A DNA stretch of 64,000 nucleotides from Lepidodermella squamata (taxonomy: Eukaryota > Animalia > Gastrotricha), in NCBI GenBank assembly GCA_047495785.1, contig JBLDXI010000028.1:1-64000 (forward strand), given 5' to 3'. Position numbers and translations under genes: made by a program. The number at the start of each line of letters is the position of its first letter. Within the stretch, counting starts at the first letter, position 1. Positions 1-12,400 of this stretch are shown in pieces. The notes below the pieces were generated by a model, which saw only the letters and a list, made by a program, of their open reading frames with translations, searched no databases and was not told where the DNA came from.

Positions 1-49
1 CTCAGCGCGCCGCAAAGTCGAGAAATGACGTCGGTTACTAGGCTGAATG

Positions 50-269
50 GTATTTCGTGATCCGAGAGCTTCCACTCGCCTTCTACTCCGGGAGTAGGTT
101 GTAGGTTACTTTCGGAGTAGGCTACTCTCAGAGTAGAAGGCGTTTACTCCTAGAGTAGATACCTCTAGGTTTGTTACTCTTTGACACTAAGCTTTTGAAT
201 TATCATTTTCTATCTAAAATTAGGATTACATCTGAGAGCAGATCCTCTAGCTCTCGGATCACGAAATAC
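50..269. mobile_element. MITE-like element with 21-bp perfect inverted ends; mirror at 15680-15899
   Basis: GTATTTCGTGATCCGAGAGCT (50-70) and AGCTCTCGGATCACGAAATAC (249-269); internal short palindromes of the TACTC..GAGTA type. Confidence 0.7.
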
Positions 270-1291
270 GAGCTCTACTAGGGCTAGCTCTACTAGTCTC
301 TTCATTAGTGTTACTGATTTGAGAAACGAAAAGAAACTTTTGTTGTCTGCTCGGTGATAACCGTAGAAAAAAACCAGGCTTTTTAGGGTTCACGTCCTGT
401 CTATACTTCTTTATTCAGTATAACTGCAGCACGTGGGCCTCCAAGATCGCAGATCGCCTTAGTGCCCATCATCGATAGCAGCTAAGAAAGTTGGTGGATG
501 GTCGTTATCCAGAAACGACGACTGTTATGAATATGAGGTGGCGGTACTTTAAGAAAGCCCAGGCATTTCGCCGTACAATTTCGCTATTAACGACTCTGTA
601 CAGCCATGACTGTAGAAACATATCGGTAGAGCGCCCTGACAAAAGAATTGAAGAAAATGAAGGAACTGACTGATGGCTGTAACAATGATCATGCCCACAG
701 CAGATCCCAAATCTACAGTAAACCCGTACTGCCGATCGGAATCGACGGCGACAACGATGTTACTCGTCTGAGGAAAGCTGCCGCAAACAGCGAGGGTAGT
801 GATGGAACTCGCGGCCTCTCCTGCTATGCAGGGAAATGTTGGCTGTCCTCATCAAAAGAGTAGTCAAAAAATACTCATCCTATCAATTGGCAGCTCTGAC
901 GGCTATCAATGCTATCGAAACCAGAATATGACGACGAATTCATTTGCGCGAGAGCGGCAACTCAGCACCTTACCTCAGCAAATCATACATACATTTAGAG
1001 CTATCAAAACACCGTTTCTGAAATATAGGGACTAGTTAAGTTCTTCTCAGAACGTCTTCGGGAATGGTGAATATTTCTCTCAATCGTATTTTTTTACTTG
1101 AATCTTCCAGGAAAATTAACCGTACATGATAAGTCGATAGTTTTTGGCTAAAACCCCATTTATAAACTTTAAAACAACAAATTGTTGAAGACGTTAAACA
1201 TTCAAAAAGTCTGAGCGTATTTTATTGAACAGAATTGACAGAAATAATGTAACGCGTGTAGCGAAGATTAAAGTCACTACATATATAATGA

Positions 1292-1531
1292 TAGACAAAC
1301 CGCGTGGTCAAAGTGGATATGCGAGTTTACGAGCATATACGAGGCAGCGCAGCTGCCACATGTGTTGCAAAGCACGAGACTCACGAGGCGTAGCCGAGTG
1401 AGTCGAGGGCTTAGCAACACTGAAACGAGACTCGCGAGGCGAAGACGAGAGAGTCAAGTTTATGTGGCAGCTGGCTTCCGAGTTTTTTGCTCGTCAACTC
1501 GCATAACACGTGTGGACAGGCGGTTTGTGTA
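1292..1531. repeat. Palindromic element with ~70-bp imperfect inverted ends and two internal GNA-loop mini-hairpin motifs; mirror at 14418-14657
   Basis: TAGACAAACCGC...CAGCTGCCACAT versus ATGTGGCAGCTG...GCGGTTTGTGTA. Internal ACGAGACTCACGAGGCGTAGCCGAG and ACGAGACTCGCGAGGCGAAGACGAG. Confidence 0.7.
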
Positions 1532-1669
1532 TTTATTCCACGTTGTTGCTCATGTCCTGATGGTTTTCGCGTAGGTAATTGGTCTTTTTACCTATAATTT
1601 TTGTCCATTTCTCTAATGAATTCAACCGAACAATGAAAAAATTGAGAAGAAAAAAATGATAAAAAACCG

Positions 1670-1740
1670 TGCACCACCAGGAATCGAACGTGTGAAGCTA
1701 ATGTTAAAAGCATCAACAACCTTTCATTAGCCACTGGTGA
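1670..1740 (-). tRNA. Degenerate tRNA-like unit (TTT at anticodon position), probable pseudogene; mirror at 14209-14279 (+)
   Basis: TCACCAGTGGCTAATG (A-box-like); anticodon arm TGATG-CTTTTAA-CATTA; GTTCGATTCC (B box); CACCA/TGGTG acceptor pairing; followed by a T6 terminator. Confidence 0.6.
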
Positions 1741-1810
1741 CCAAAAAACCATTATCAATTGCTTCTCTGAATCAACTAAAATACCAAAATTGAGCATCTT
1801 GATTTATCCA

Positions 1811-1883
1811 GCCCTTGTAGTCTAGTGGTTGGATTGCTGCTTAGGTTACAGGGAATCATTGGTTCGATGCCTCGTGCGAGCTC
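1811..1883 (+). tRNA. Degenerate tRNA-Pro(AGG)-like unit, probable pseudogene; mirror at 14066-14138 (-)
   Basis: TAGTCTAGTGG A box, CTTAGG anticodon loop, GGTTCGATGCC B box, ...CGAGCTC 3' end and a T6 terminator. Stems are imperfect. Confidence 0.6.
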
Positions 1884-1946
1884 TTTTTTATTTTCACTTT
1901 GAAAACGGTTTTAAGCTTATAAGCCCCTTTTAGGATAAACATTTGT

Positions 1947-2021
1947 GCGTGTCGTCGTTGTCTAGTTGTTTAGCCTTGTGCTAAAAGACAGCGAGCATCG
2001 GGTTCAACGCCCGCTCACGTC
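1947..2021 (+). tRNA. Degenerate tRNA-like unit; mirror at 13928-14002 (-)
   Basis: TTGTCTAGTTG A-box-like motif, intact T-arm CGGG-TTCAACG-CCCG, and GCGTG/CACGT end pairing. Confidence 0.5.
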
Positions 2022-2254
2022 AAAAAAACAAAAAAAACTTGGAATTAATTTTCCAAGTTCAAGTTCTGGGTATATGGCATATCCTAGCTAAATGGCTGGG
2101 ACCATATACGAGTGGTCCACAGCGAGCACACGTATATGTCAGAAACTGCCGAGATACATCGGACGAAAAGCATTAGGATATGAGCAACAGTGGTATAAAA
2201 TCTCCCTAGCTGATTTTATATCAATCAATTAAACGGAACAATCTATTCATCGGC

Positions 2255-5200
2255 TCACTTTGCCGAACACAAGTGACACAAATATTCTTCTTTTTTAGTA
2301 GGTTTTTTTCTTAACCCTGAGCAATTTCCATGAGTCCACAAGTGGCATGTGGAACACTCCACCCACCAACCATTCATGCAATCTGTCACTTTCAAGCATA
2401 CAACGCATCCATCTTCATCTGAATCAGTTATATTTGGCGATGGCGGCGAAATCAAAATTGAATTGACATTTATTTTACAAGTTGGGCGCTTTTTTCTCAA
2501 AATGGGCGATTCTTTTGGCGATGAACATTCAGTGACAAAGGGAGACATATTTTCAGCAGCTGGGTGATTTTCAGCTACAGTAATCGTTGATGCTGCTACA
2601 CTGATGGATCGCGGGCAACAGTAGATTACGCCGGCGATTTGATACCGTTCATTCTGCAATCTTCCGATAGAGCTTTGTTGCCACGAAATCAAAGCTGAAT
2701 GAATGTAAGTTATTAATTTTTGTTTACCATAATTAATTTGCTATCTTACATTTTTGCGCAGCCGTATCATCGATGAGGCCCACAGATGTTTCAGTCAAGG
2801 CGAAAGCGGTGATTGTCACGTAATGGCTGCCGTTAAGCAGTATCGCGGAGTGACGTTGATATCTATTACACCATGTAAACAGGTTATCGGAATTCAGGTT
2901 ATTTATAGGAAATCCTCACATTTTATCGTCATATTGCAGGTTTTCGGGGAACATGAAGATTTCAGAAGCAACAAAAATAGGATCGCATTCTTGGACATCC
3001 ACGTAGATGAACGGCAAGGCCTTTGATGGTGCCACGGTTCTTTGTCCATTACAATAAACTTGCCTGTTCAACTTGATTGTTGATCATGTTTTTTATGTTG
3101 CTAATTAACTCACATTATTTTTCCGGCTTGTGCGGCCATAACATAGCAAAGGCCCCGAGGGCAACCAGAATCGGCGACATCTGTGTAGCTTTTACCGGGG
3201 AACGGTCGCGTACAACGCTGGGTTATTGCAGCCAGTGAATCGGTTAGCAGGGCATTATTGTTCGATTTTTTGTCAGGATTTTGTTGATTTTCTCTGAATT
3301 TTCTATTTTGATAGATACAAATAGTTAGCTTACAAGTGGTTGAAGCTTGGAAGTTATTTACAATTTCAAATCTGCTGGTGGATCAACTTTCAGCAGTTGT
3401 CTCGAGGAGGCTGTTGGCAAGGGACAGTAATTGCTGCTGCAGGTTTCCTGACGTTTCAATCCTGCTTGCTCCATAATGACGTTGAATAACGCGCCCGCAA
3501 TATGGTCCAGCTTGGCTCGGTGTTTGCCGCTTCGTTTCGTAAATTTCATTATGCTCTGCATGCCGCTGTTATTTCTAAGGAAGGCCATTCTTGCTTCTTG
3601 GCATGCCTCTTCAATTGTTGTCGCCGTCAATAACTGGAGCAGCTGTTTGAAGTCGACTGATGGTACGTCGTTTCGGGCATGCATAAGCGCAGTGATAATT
3701 GCATCCAGCGCACATAAATTACCAACTGAAAATTTTCCTGTTTCGCAGGTATTCGGTAGGCAGATGACAGGTGGCTGCATAACCAAACTCGCCTCTGTTT
3801 TGTTGATATCAGATTCAGCAGCCTGATGAACATGATTGCGTTGATTAAACTGCTCTGCGTGCACCCGCAATTTGCTCGTTGAGTTGGCGCACAATATCGG
3901 AGTTCGGCTCGCAAGCAGCCGCTTTGCTACCCGCCTTGGCGTTAGAAAGGCTCATGGATTGGTAGTGGTAGGCCGAATTCGGATCACAACGCCTGGACCA
4001 TTCAGCTGTTGCAGCGGCGATATCAACGGTTTTTTCCGACTCCGTTTGATCGGCTAACCCCCTGCTAGATTTCACTGCTGGCTTTGATTGTTTCGGCTGC
4101 GATATCTTGACAGGATTGGCACGTTTTCGACCTGCCTTCGCCAGCAAAGGGAACTTGAGATCGGCCAAAACTGCACCTACGGTGTCGATCAAGTACTGCT
4201 TGAGGCGTTCAATAAACGGCCCTAGAGCAAAACGCTTTCCGTCGAGCACGTCGATTTTAAAATGACGAAATTCGGACTCTTTGGCCGAATTACTAATCCT
4301 TGTCGCGCCCTGTGGCTGCAGCTTCGTTCTCACGGGCACGGTGCATTTTGGTGTGCCATCTATCTTATAATTCATGCCGAGCATTATTCCCGACCACAGA
4401 AGTATGACAGGCATTCGTCGATTTTTTAGTGCTTTAACACACTGTGGGCGATAAATTTCGTTCCGAACAAGCTTATCAGCGGGCAATTTCTCGAAAATTG
4501 CTGCCTGGGCTGCTTTGATTTTGACTGTCAAATCAATGAAATGCCTTCCTGACGGCGTGCTTTCAGCGAGAGTTCCATCGAACGAATAGTCATTCACTTC
4601 GTCATAAGATTCATCAGAATCCGCTTCCAGCTGATCTATTTCTGAATCTGGCAACAATTCAGCCGCCTCGGATAACGAAATCACTCGACTTTGATCAATG
4701 CTGATTTCTAAAACCGCCATCAGTTCTTTCTCGGCCTCATAGTCGACGAATTCAGAGTCGAAAATTCGAACAATGAGCGAGTAGATTTTTTCGGCTTGAG
4801 CCAGAGTCGCACAATTTTGAAGTCGAGCAAAACAGGATGTTAATAAACGGCGAGACAGCTTTGCTGTTTTCTGACTAACTGGCTCGGTGTTGTCAAGTTT
4901 AGCAAACAAGTCGGCTGTAGCCTTGATACAGTGGTTGTTGCAGATCGCAAGAAACGTCATGTCGTCTACTTCTTTGGCCTCGGCACCAGAAACTACAAAC
5001 CTCCAAACCTTCTGAAGGTATGGAATGAGGTCTATGCCGTTAAAGGCTTTAGTTACGCCATGAAGAAGGGCCCAGCAGAAGTCCGATACAACAAATGACG
5101 GTTTCGGAATCGGACTTGGCTTGAAGTTGTCGAGTTTATATTTGACAATGTCAAGGTAATGGGAGATGTCCAGCGTTCGTTGTTTCGTTAGAAGAAACTG

Positions 5201-6466
5201 CAAAATCGGCAAAGTTCCGAAGCTCTCAGACAAATGGAGGTTGGTGGTTTGCGAAATGATGAAATTGAAATATTGAATCGCCTCAACGTGTTTGCTTCGA
5301 GTAACCACGCTTGAAGTGGAATCGATCATCATGACCGGGCGAGGTTCGAAGAACATTTCACCAGCGTGCAAAGCTGGACTTGAAGCTGCAAGTATGCAGC
5401 AACAGGCTCAGTCGTGTAAGTTTCGATAAATTTGAGTTCATCATCCAATGATTTTTCGAAATTGTATCGTAATTCAAGTTCTTCTCCATAATTGGAAGAA
5501 AACTTGTTCGAAGCATTTTTCTCATATTCTGCTTTCTTGACGGTGCTGTAGGATGGAATGCCCGTGAAGTTTCCATTAAGGACCGCTATTGGGTCATTCT
5601 CCGTGGCTACTCGTTTCAAATGCTTCTGCTTCTCGCTCGGCTTCTGAGTCATGGCTTGAACTTTCGCCCTCTCAGGCCCTGATAGAGGTGGTATAACACC
5701 CGGCACGTGCCATTCAGTCTCGCCAGTTTTCGGATTGATAATTTCGACTGGGTCTGGGTGGATTTGCTGATTAGTCCACGAGAAATGAATGCTTACCGAC
5801 AGCTGTGATGGTTGAGGCGGAACGATTGTGGCGATAATTATCCTCGGACAGTCTGTGTGAAGACACGCGCAAGACATCTCGATCATGCTCGGTTCTCTTC
5901 TAACTTGGCCCTTCACTTTGGGCTTGACACGAACGTAGGAATTCACTCCTTTGAGAACACACTTTTTCTCAACTACGCGTTGGTAAATTTGCCGCAGCCC
6001 AGTTACCCAAACATACTCTCGCAATCTCAGCGGCTTTTCGTTTCGATTACTGGCATTGTTTTGGATTGGCTTGAAAGACGCTTCGAATTCGTCGTATGAA
6101 ATTGTTGTATTGCATTCACCGTCCTCTATTGGGCAGACGTGGCAAGGTTCAGGCGATGATGAAGAAACCGACTCGTCGTCGCTGTCAGCCTTAGTTTTCA
6201 AACGCGACGATACCCAAGCGCTCAAATCACTCAAAGGCCCTGTCGTCAAATCATTATACAACCGTTTCCTAGCCTCTTCAGTGTTCCGGAAGTTGCTTTT
6301 TGTCAGAACAATCGAATAGAAACCGCTGGATGGTTTCGAACATTGCCGTACTACGTCACTTGGAACTTTGTTACCCCACTCTGGGTGGTCTTTGAGATAA
6401 ATTTCTACGGCGTGACGATGAACGTTACAAGGACCAGCCCCCCTTCTGGACGAATTCCTCGCTCAT
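2255..6466 (-). CDS. Mirror copy of the Mutator-like transposase-USP-PHD gene
   Basis: ORFs 5329-6261, 3845-5371, 3358-3894 and 2255-2692 match the right-arm copy except one Ser/Pro change and a 3-nt longer G run near the 5' end. The same introns and frameshifts are present. Confidence 0.85.
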
Positions 6467-7302
6467 AGACTTGATGTAAAATTAACTTTCTATAACATTT
6501 CAAGCAAATATTTATATACTTCCATTTTGCCATTAGTATAGACTTGAAAAATTAAAATTGGAGAAATCGTCGTGAGAAGGTTAAAAAACCTGCTGAACAG
6601 CCTATTGAAACATATGAAATTGGTCGAAAATCCTCACCGAGGTCGGAAATTAAACGAGGTAGTCCAACTGAAAGCGAAAAAACCTGAAATCGAGCCCGAG
6701 CCAGTTGAAAAATGTATTGAATATCTCCTTACAAAAGACGAGAAATAATGCGTCGAAAAACGAAACCAGGCGGCCGATCTGATGTTCGAAATCATCCTAT
6801 CAACTTGAAATGCACCTTAACACGCCAGTTTGAAGATGGGTTGGTAAAATGGCCTCAGAAACTTGCTGTTGACTATCAAGCCTCGAAATCGAAAAATTTA
6901 CTCAAAACTGTCAAGCATCATTCAGTTGTGGTTTGAAGCAATCAATGAAAAACGGCGAAGAATTATTTCATAAAAAGGTAAGCTAATTTTAGGCGTGAAT
7001 TTTCAAAAGTTTGCAATTTGGGAATTGCGAGCGTAGTAAATCCTGTTGTTAAGGTGGATTATGTTGACCTTTCTTAGTGCAATAACTTCCGCTGATATCG
7101 CGAATAATCCCGTCTTTCCTTCTCTTGAAAAATTAGCGATATAATTTTTCACTTCAACAAATGTTTGGAGGGTTCTAATCTGCGGGCTTGGGAAACTATT
7201 TTAAGGTGGAATTTCAGATTCTTATTGCCAGGCACGATGGCTATTTGATTGGAAACTTCTAAACTTCAGAATTTGCGCCATTACTACTTCATCTTGATAA
7301 TT

Positions 7303-8649
7303 CCTTTCCCTGTTCCTTACCTAGGTATTCCTCTCGTTATTAATTGCCAAATTCCTTGCTTTTGACATTTATTGGAACTTGTTTTTGTTCAGTTTTTCCG
7401 AAAAAAGTCTATTAGGTACTTTTACTGGGTTTTTTAAAACCGTTGTTTGGGACTTTATTGAAGATTTATGTGCTGTATTAATGGCACTCACTATTACGTT
7501 ACTTCGCTAATTCCAAATTGATTTGAGGTATCAATGTTACAAACCAGTCATTTTTATCGCCAGTTTAGAGTAAATGTAGTGTCAAGCGTGCATTCACCCA
7601 TTCCTGTCACCGCTTTGGAACAGTTTCAAATCGCTGTGATTGTAAGAAGTTTTGCTTTCATTAGTTGTTTCATGATGTTGTAGGGTGGTAATACAATAAT
7701 TACCGTATATAGGTAGAAATAAAGGGCAGTCTCGTAGAGAGCCTCCAGGTAATTCATATTTTTTACCCGTTATGCAAGCTGAAAAGGATAAAGATTTCGC
7801 TGCTATAACAGTTTACATTTTATTTTACAAAAATATCTAACTCTTGTGAATTTATTCTGTTCTTCCTCGATATGCTTTTCTGATCGATCGCCTTCGGTTT
7901 TCGCGCAACCGCTCTTTCAGCTGGCTTAGTTACTTTGCCCGAGTTCTTCCCTTCGCCTTATTGTGGCAGCATTCGATAATATAATATTTCGAGAAGAATC
8001 GCGAATAGAGTCGACAATTATGGCTTTTCCTGCTCGTGTCGTAGCTATAGTTATCAGACATAAAACATCATAACACATTTGACCTTAAATCCTATTGTTA
8101 GTTACCATGAAAGCCGGGTTTCAAGGTTGAAGTCGTACTGAAATTTCCGAAAATTCCAAGACCGAAAACAAACCCATCGAAATTGAAAAATTCGGAAAAT
8201 TTAGAGCTTAGAGTGCTTGAATTTTAGGCTGTTTGAAATCTACGGGTGAAACAGTGAAAAGTCATTTTACGAGCCTTCTTTCAGCCTCCAAATCCAATAA
8301 GATTCAGCCTCCACGGCATGAAATGCTCGAACATTTATGTCGGAACATTAGGTAAAATATATATTTTTGCGCTTGAGACTTTAAAAATATCGGCTGATTA
8401 ATGGCGAATCCTCAATTTGATATTGGAAAATGTTTACGAATGTTCATGTTTATATTTATTCGCCCATAAAGTTCGAGATGACAGCATACTTTACCACACC
8501 AATAGAATGGAAAATTCAAAAAATAGATGCATCAGTTGTTATCATTTGGTTCAGATTCTTCCAGCCGCATACAGCTGTTGATAGACTGCTTCAGTGTCGC
8601 AGCTCAGTTTCTTCCCATTTGCTAGCAGTAATTACCTAGGATAAAAATA
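7303..8649. other. Unique AT-rich spacer (loop) of the palindrome
   Basis: Symmetry breaks at 7303/8649. No long ORF. TTACCTAGG occurs at 7317-7325 and 8632-8640. Confidence 0.9.
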
Positions 8650-9485
8650 AATTATCAAGATGAAGTAGTAATGGCGCAAATTCTGAAGTTTAGAAGTTTC
8701 CAATCAAATAGCCATCGTGCCTGGCAATAAGAATCTGAAATTCCACCTTAAAATAGTTTCCCAAGCCCGCAGATTAGAACCCTCCAAACATTTGTTGAAG
8801 TGAAAAATTATATCGCTAATTTTTCAAGAGAAGGAAAGACGGGATTATTCGCGATATCAGCGGAAGTTATTGCACTAAGAAAGGTCAACATAATCCACCT
8901 TAACAACAGGATTTACTACGCTCGCAATTCCCAAATTGCAAACTTTTGAAAATTCACGCCTAAAATTAGCTTACCTTTTTATGAAATAATTCTTCGCCGT
9001 TTTTCATTGATTGCTTCAAACCACAACTGAATGATGCTTGACAGTTTTGAGTAAATTTTTCGATTTCGAGGCTTGATAGTCAACAGCAAGTTTCTGAGGC
9101 CATTTTACCAACCCATCTTCAAACTGGCGTGTTAAGGTGCATTTCAAGTTGATAGGATGATTTCGAACATCAGATCGGCCGCCTGGTTTCGTTTTTCGAC
9201 GCATTATTTCTCGTCTTTTGTAAGGAGATATTCAATACATTTTTCAACTGGCTCGGGCTCGATTTCAGGTTTTTTCGCTTTCAGTTGGACTACCTCGTTT
9301 AATTTCCGACCTCGGTGAGGATTTTCGACCAATTTCATATGTTTCAATAGGCTGTTCAGCAGGTTTTTTAACCTTCTCACGACGATTTCTCCAATTTTAA
9401 TTTTTCAAGTCTATACTAATGGCAAAATGGAAGTATATAAATATTTGCTTGAAATGTTATAGAAAGTTAATTTTACATCAAGTCT

Positions 9486-12400
9486 ATGAGCGAGGAATTC
9501 GTCCAGAAGGGCTGGTCCTTGTAACGTTCATCGTCACGCCGTAGAAATTTATCTCAAAGACCACCCAGAGTGGGGTAACAAAGTTCCAAGTGACGTAGTA
9601 CGGCAATGTTCGAAACCATCCAGCGGTTTCTATTCGATTGTTCTGACAAAAAGCAACTTCCGGAACACTGAAGAGGCTAGGAAACGGTTGTATAATGATT
9701 TGACGACAGGGCCTTTGAGTGATTTGAGCGCTTGGGTATCGTCGCGTTTGAAAACTAAGGCTGACAGCGACGACGAGTCGGTTTCTTCATCATCGCCTGA
9801 ACCTTGCCACGTCTGCCCAATAGAGGACGGTGAATGCAATACAACAATTTCATACGACGAATTCGAAGCGTCTTTCAAGCCAATCCAAAACAATGCCAGT
9901 AATCGAAACGAAAAGCCGCTGAGATTGCGAGAGTATGTTTGGGTAACTGGGCTGCGGCAAATTTACCAACGCGTAGTTGAGAAAAAGTGTGTTCTCAAAG
10001 GAGTGAATTCCTACGTTCGTGTCAAGCCCAAAGTGAAGGGCCAAGTTAGAAGAGAACCGAGCATGATCGAGATGTCTTGCGCGTGTCTTCACACAGACTG
10101 TCCGAGGATAATTATCGCCACAATCGTTCCGCCTCAACCATCACAGCTGTCGGTAAGCATTCATTTCTCGTGGACTAATCAGCAAATCCACCCAGACCCA
10201 GTCGAAATTATCAATCCGAAAACTGGCGAGACTGAATGGCACGTGCCGGGTGTTATACCACCTCTATCAGGGCCTGAGAGGGCGAAAGTTCAAGCCATGA
10301 CTCAGAAGCCGAGCGAGAAGCAGAAGCATTTGAAACGAGTAGCCACGGAGAATGACCCAATAGCGGTCCTTAATGGAAACTTCACGGGCATTCCATCCTA
10401 CAGCACCGTCAAGAAAGCAGAATATGAGAAAAATGCTTCGAACAAGTTTTCTTCCAATTATGGAGAAGAACTTGAATTACGATACAATTTCGAAAAATCA
10501 TTGGATGATGAACTCAAATTTATCGAAACTTACACGACTGAGCCTGTTGCTGCATACTTGCAGCTTCAAGTCCAGCTTTGCACGCTGGTGAAATGTTCTT
10601 CGAACCTCGCCCGGTCATGATGATCGATTCCACTTCAAGCGTGGTTACTCGAAGCAAACACGTTGAGGCGATTCAATATTTCAATTTCATCATTTCGCAA
10701 ACCACCAACCTCCATTTGCCTGAGAGCTTCGGAACTTTGCCGATTTTGCAGTTTCTTCTAACGAAACAACGAACGCTGGACATCTCCCATTACCTTGACA
10801 TTGTCAAATATAAACTCGACAACTTCAAGCCAAGTCCGATTCCGAAACCGTCATTTGTTGTATCGGACTTCTGCTGGGCCCTTCTTCATGGCGTAACTAA
10901 AGCCTTTAACGGCATAGACCTCATTCCATACCTTCAGAAGGTTTGGAGGTTTGTAGTTTCTGGTGCCGAGGCCAAAGAAGTAGACGACATGACGTTTCTT
11001 GCGATCTGCAACAACCACTGTATCAAGGCTACAGCCGACTTGTTTGCTAAACTTGACAACACCGAGCCAGTTAGTCAGAAAACAGCAAAGCTGTCTCGCC
11101 GTTTATTAACATCCTGTTTTGCTCGACTTCAAAATTGTGCGACTCTGGCTCAAGCCGAAAAAATCTACTCGCTCATTGTTCGAATTTTCGACTCTGAATT
11201 CGTCGACTATGAGGCCGAGAAAGAACTGATGGCGGTTTTAGAAATCAGCATTGATCAAAGTCGAGTGATTTCGTTATCCGAGGCGGCTGAATTGTTGCCA
11301 GATTCAGAAATAGATCAGCTGGAAGCGGATTCTGATGAATCTTATGACGAAGTGAATGACTATTCGTTCGATGGAACTCTCGCTGAAAGCACGCCGTCAG
11401 GAAGGCATTTCATTGATTTGACAGTCAAAATCAAAGCAGCCCAGGCAGCAATTTTCGAGAAATTGCCCGCTGATAAGCTTGTTCGGAACGAAATTTATCG
11501 CCCACAGTGTGTTAAAGCACTAAAAAATCGACGAATGCCTGTCATACTTCTGTGGTCGGGAATAATGCTCGGCATGAATTATAAGATAGATGGCACACCA
11601 AAATGCACCGTGCCCGTGAGAACGAAGCTGCAGCCACAGGGCGCGACAAGGATTAGTAATTCGGCCAAAGAGTCCGAATTTCGTCATTTTAAAATCGACG
11701 TGCTCGACGGAAAGCGTTTTGCTCTAGGGCCGTTTATTGAACGCCTCAAGCAGTACTTGATCGACACCGTAGGTGCAGTTTTGGCCGATCTCAAGTTCCC
11801 TTTGCTGGCGAAGGCAGGTCGAAAACGTGCCAATCCTGTCAAGATATCGCAGCCGAAACAATCAAAGCCAGCAGTGAAATCTAGCAGGGGGTTAGCCGAT
11901 CAAACGGAGTCGGAAAAAACCGTTGATATCGCCGCTGCAACAGCTGAATGGTCCAGGCGTTGTGATCCGAATTCGGCCTACCACTACCAATCCATGAGCC
12001 TTTCTAACGCCAAGGCGGGTAGCAAAGCGGCTGCTTGCGAGCCGAACTCCGATATTGTGCGCCAACTCAACGAGCAAATTGCGGGTGCACGCAGAGCAGT
12101 TTAATCAACGCAATCATGTTCATCAGGCTGCTGAATCTGATATCAACAAAACAGAGGCGAGTTTGGTTATGCAGCCACCTGTCATCTGCCTACCGAATAC
12201 CTGCGAAACAGGAAAATTTTCAGTTGGTAATTTATGTGCGCTGGATGCAATTATCACTGCGCTTATGCATGCCCGAAACGACGTACCATCAGTCGACTTC
12301 AAACAGCTGCTCCAGTTATTGACGGCGACAACAATTGAAGAGGCATGCCAAGAAGCAAGAATGGCCTTCCTTAGAAATAACAGCGGCATGCAGAGCATAA

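Larger units (their letters stand above)
12..7302 (-). repeat. Left arm of a giant inverted repeat (7,291 bp)
   Basis: Reverse complement of 8650-15937. Every ORF is mirrored, with coordinate sums of 15949 outside and 15952 inside the 3-bp indel. Differences seen in spot checks: 1896/14053, 5230/10719 (Ser/Pro), and a C6 vs G3 run at 6438-6443/9509-9511. Confidence 0.98.

Noticed and set aside
420-1035. Short ORFs 491-673, 648-863 and 799-1035 (and mirrors) as an accessory gene
   Set aside because: Coding-like but fragmented, with no recognisable motif.
10560-12104. Introns as the explanation for the two transposase frameshifts
   Set aside because: No AT-rich 50-60-nt GT-AG segment like the other introns exists at either junction.
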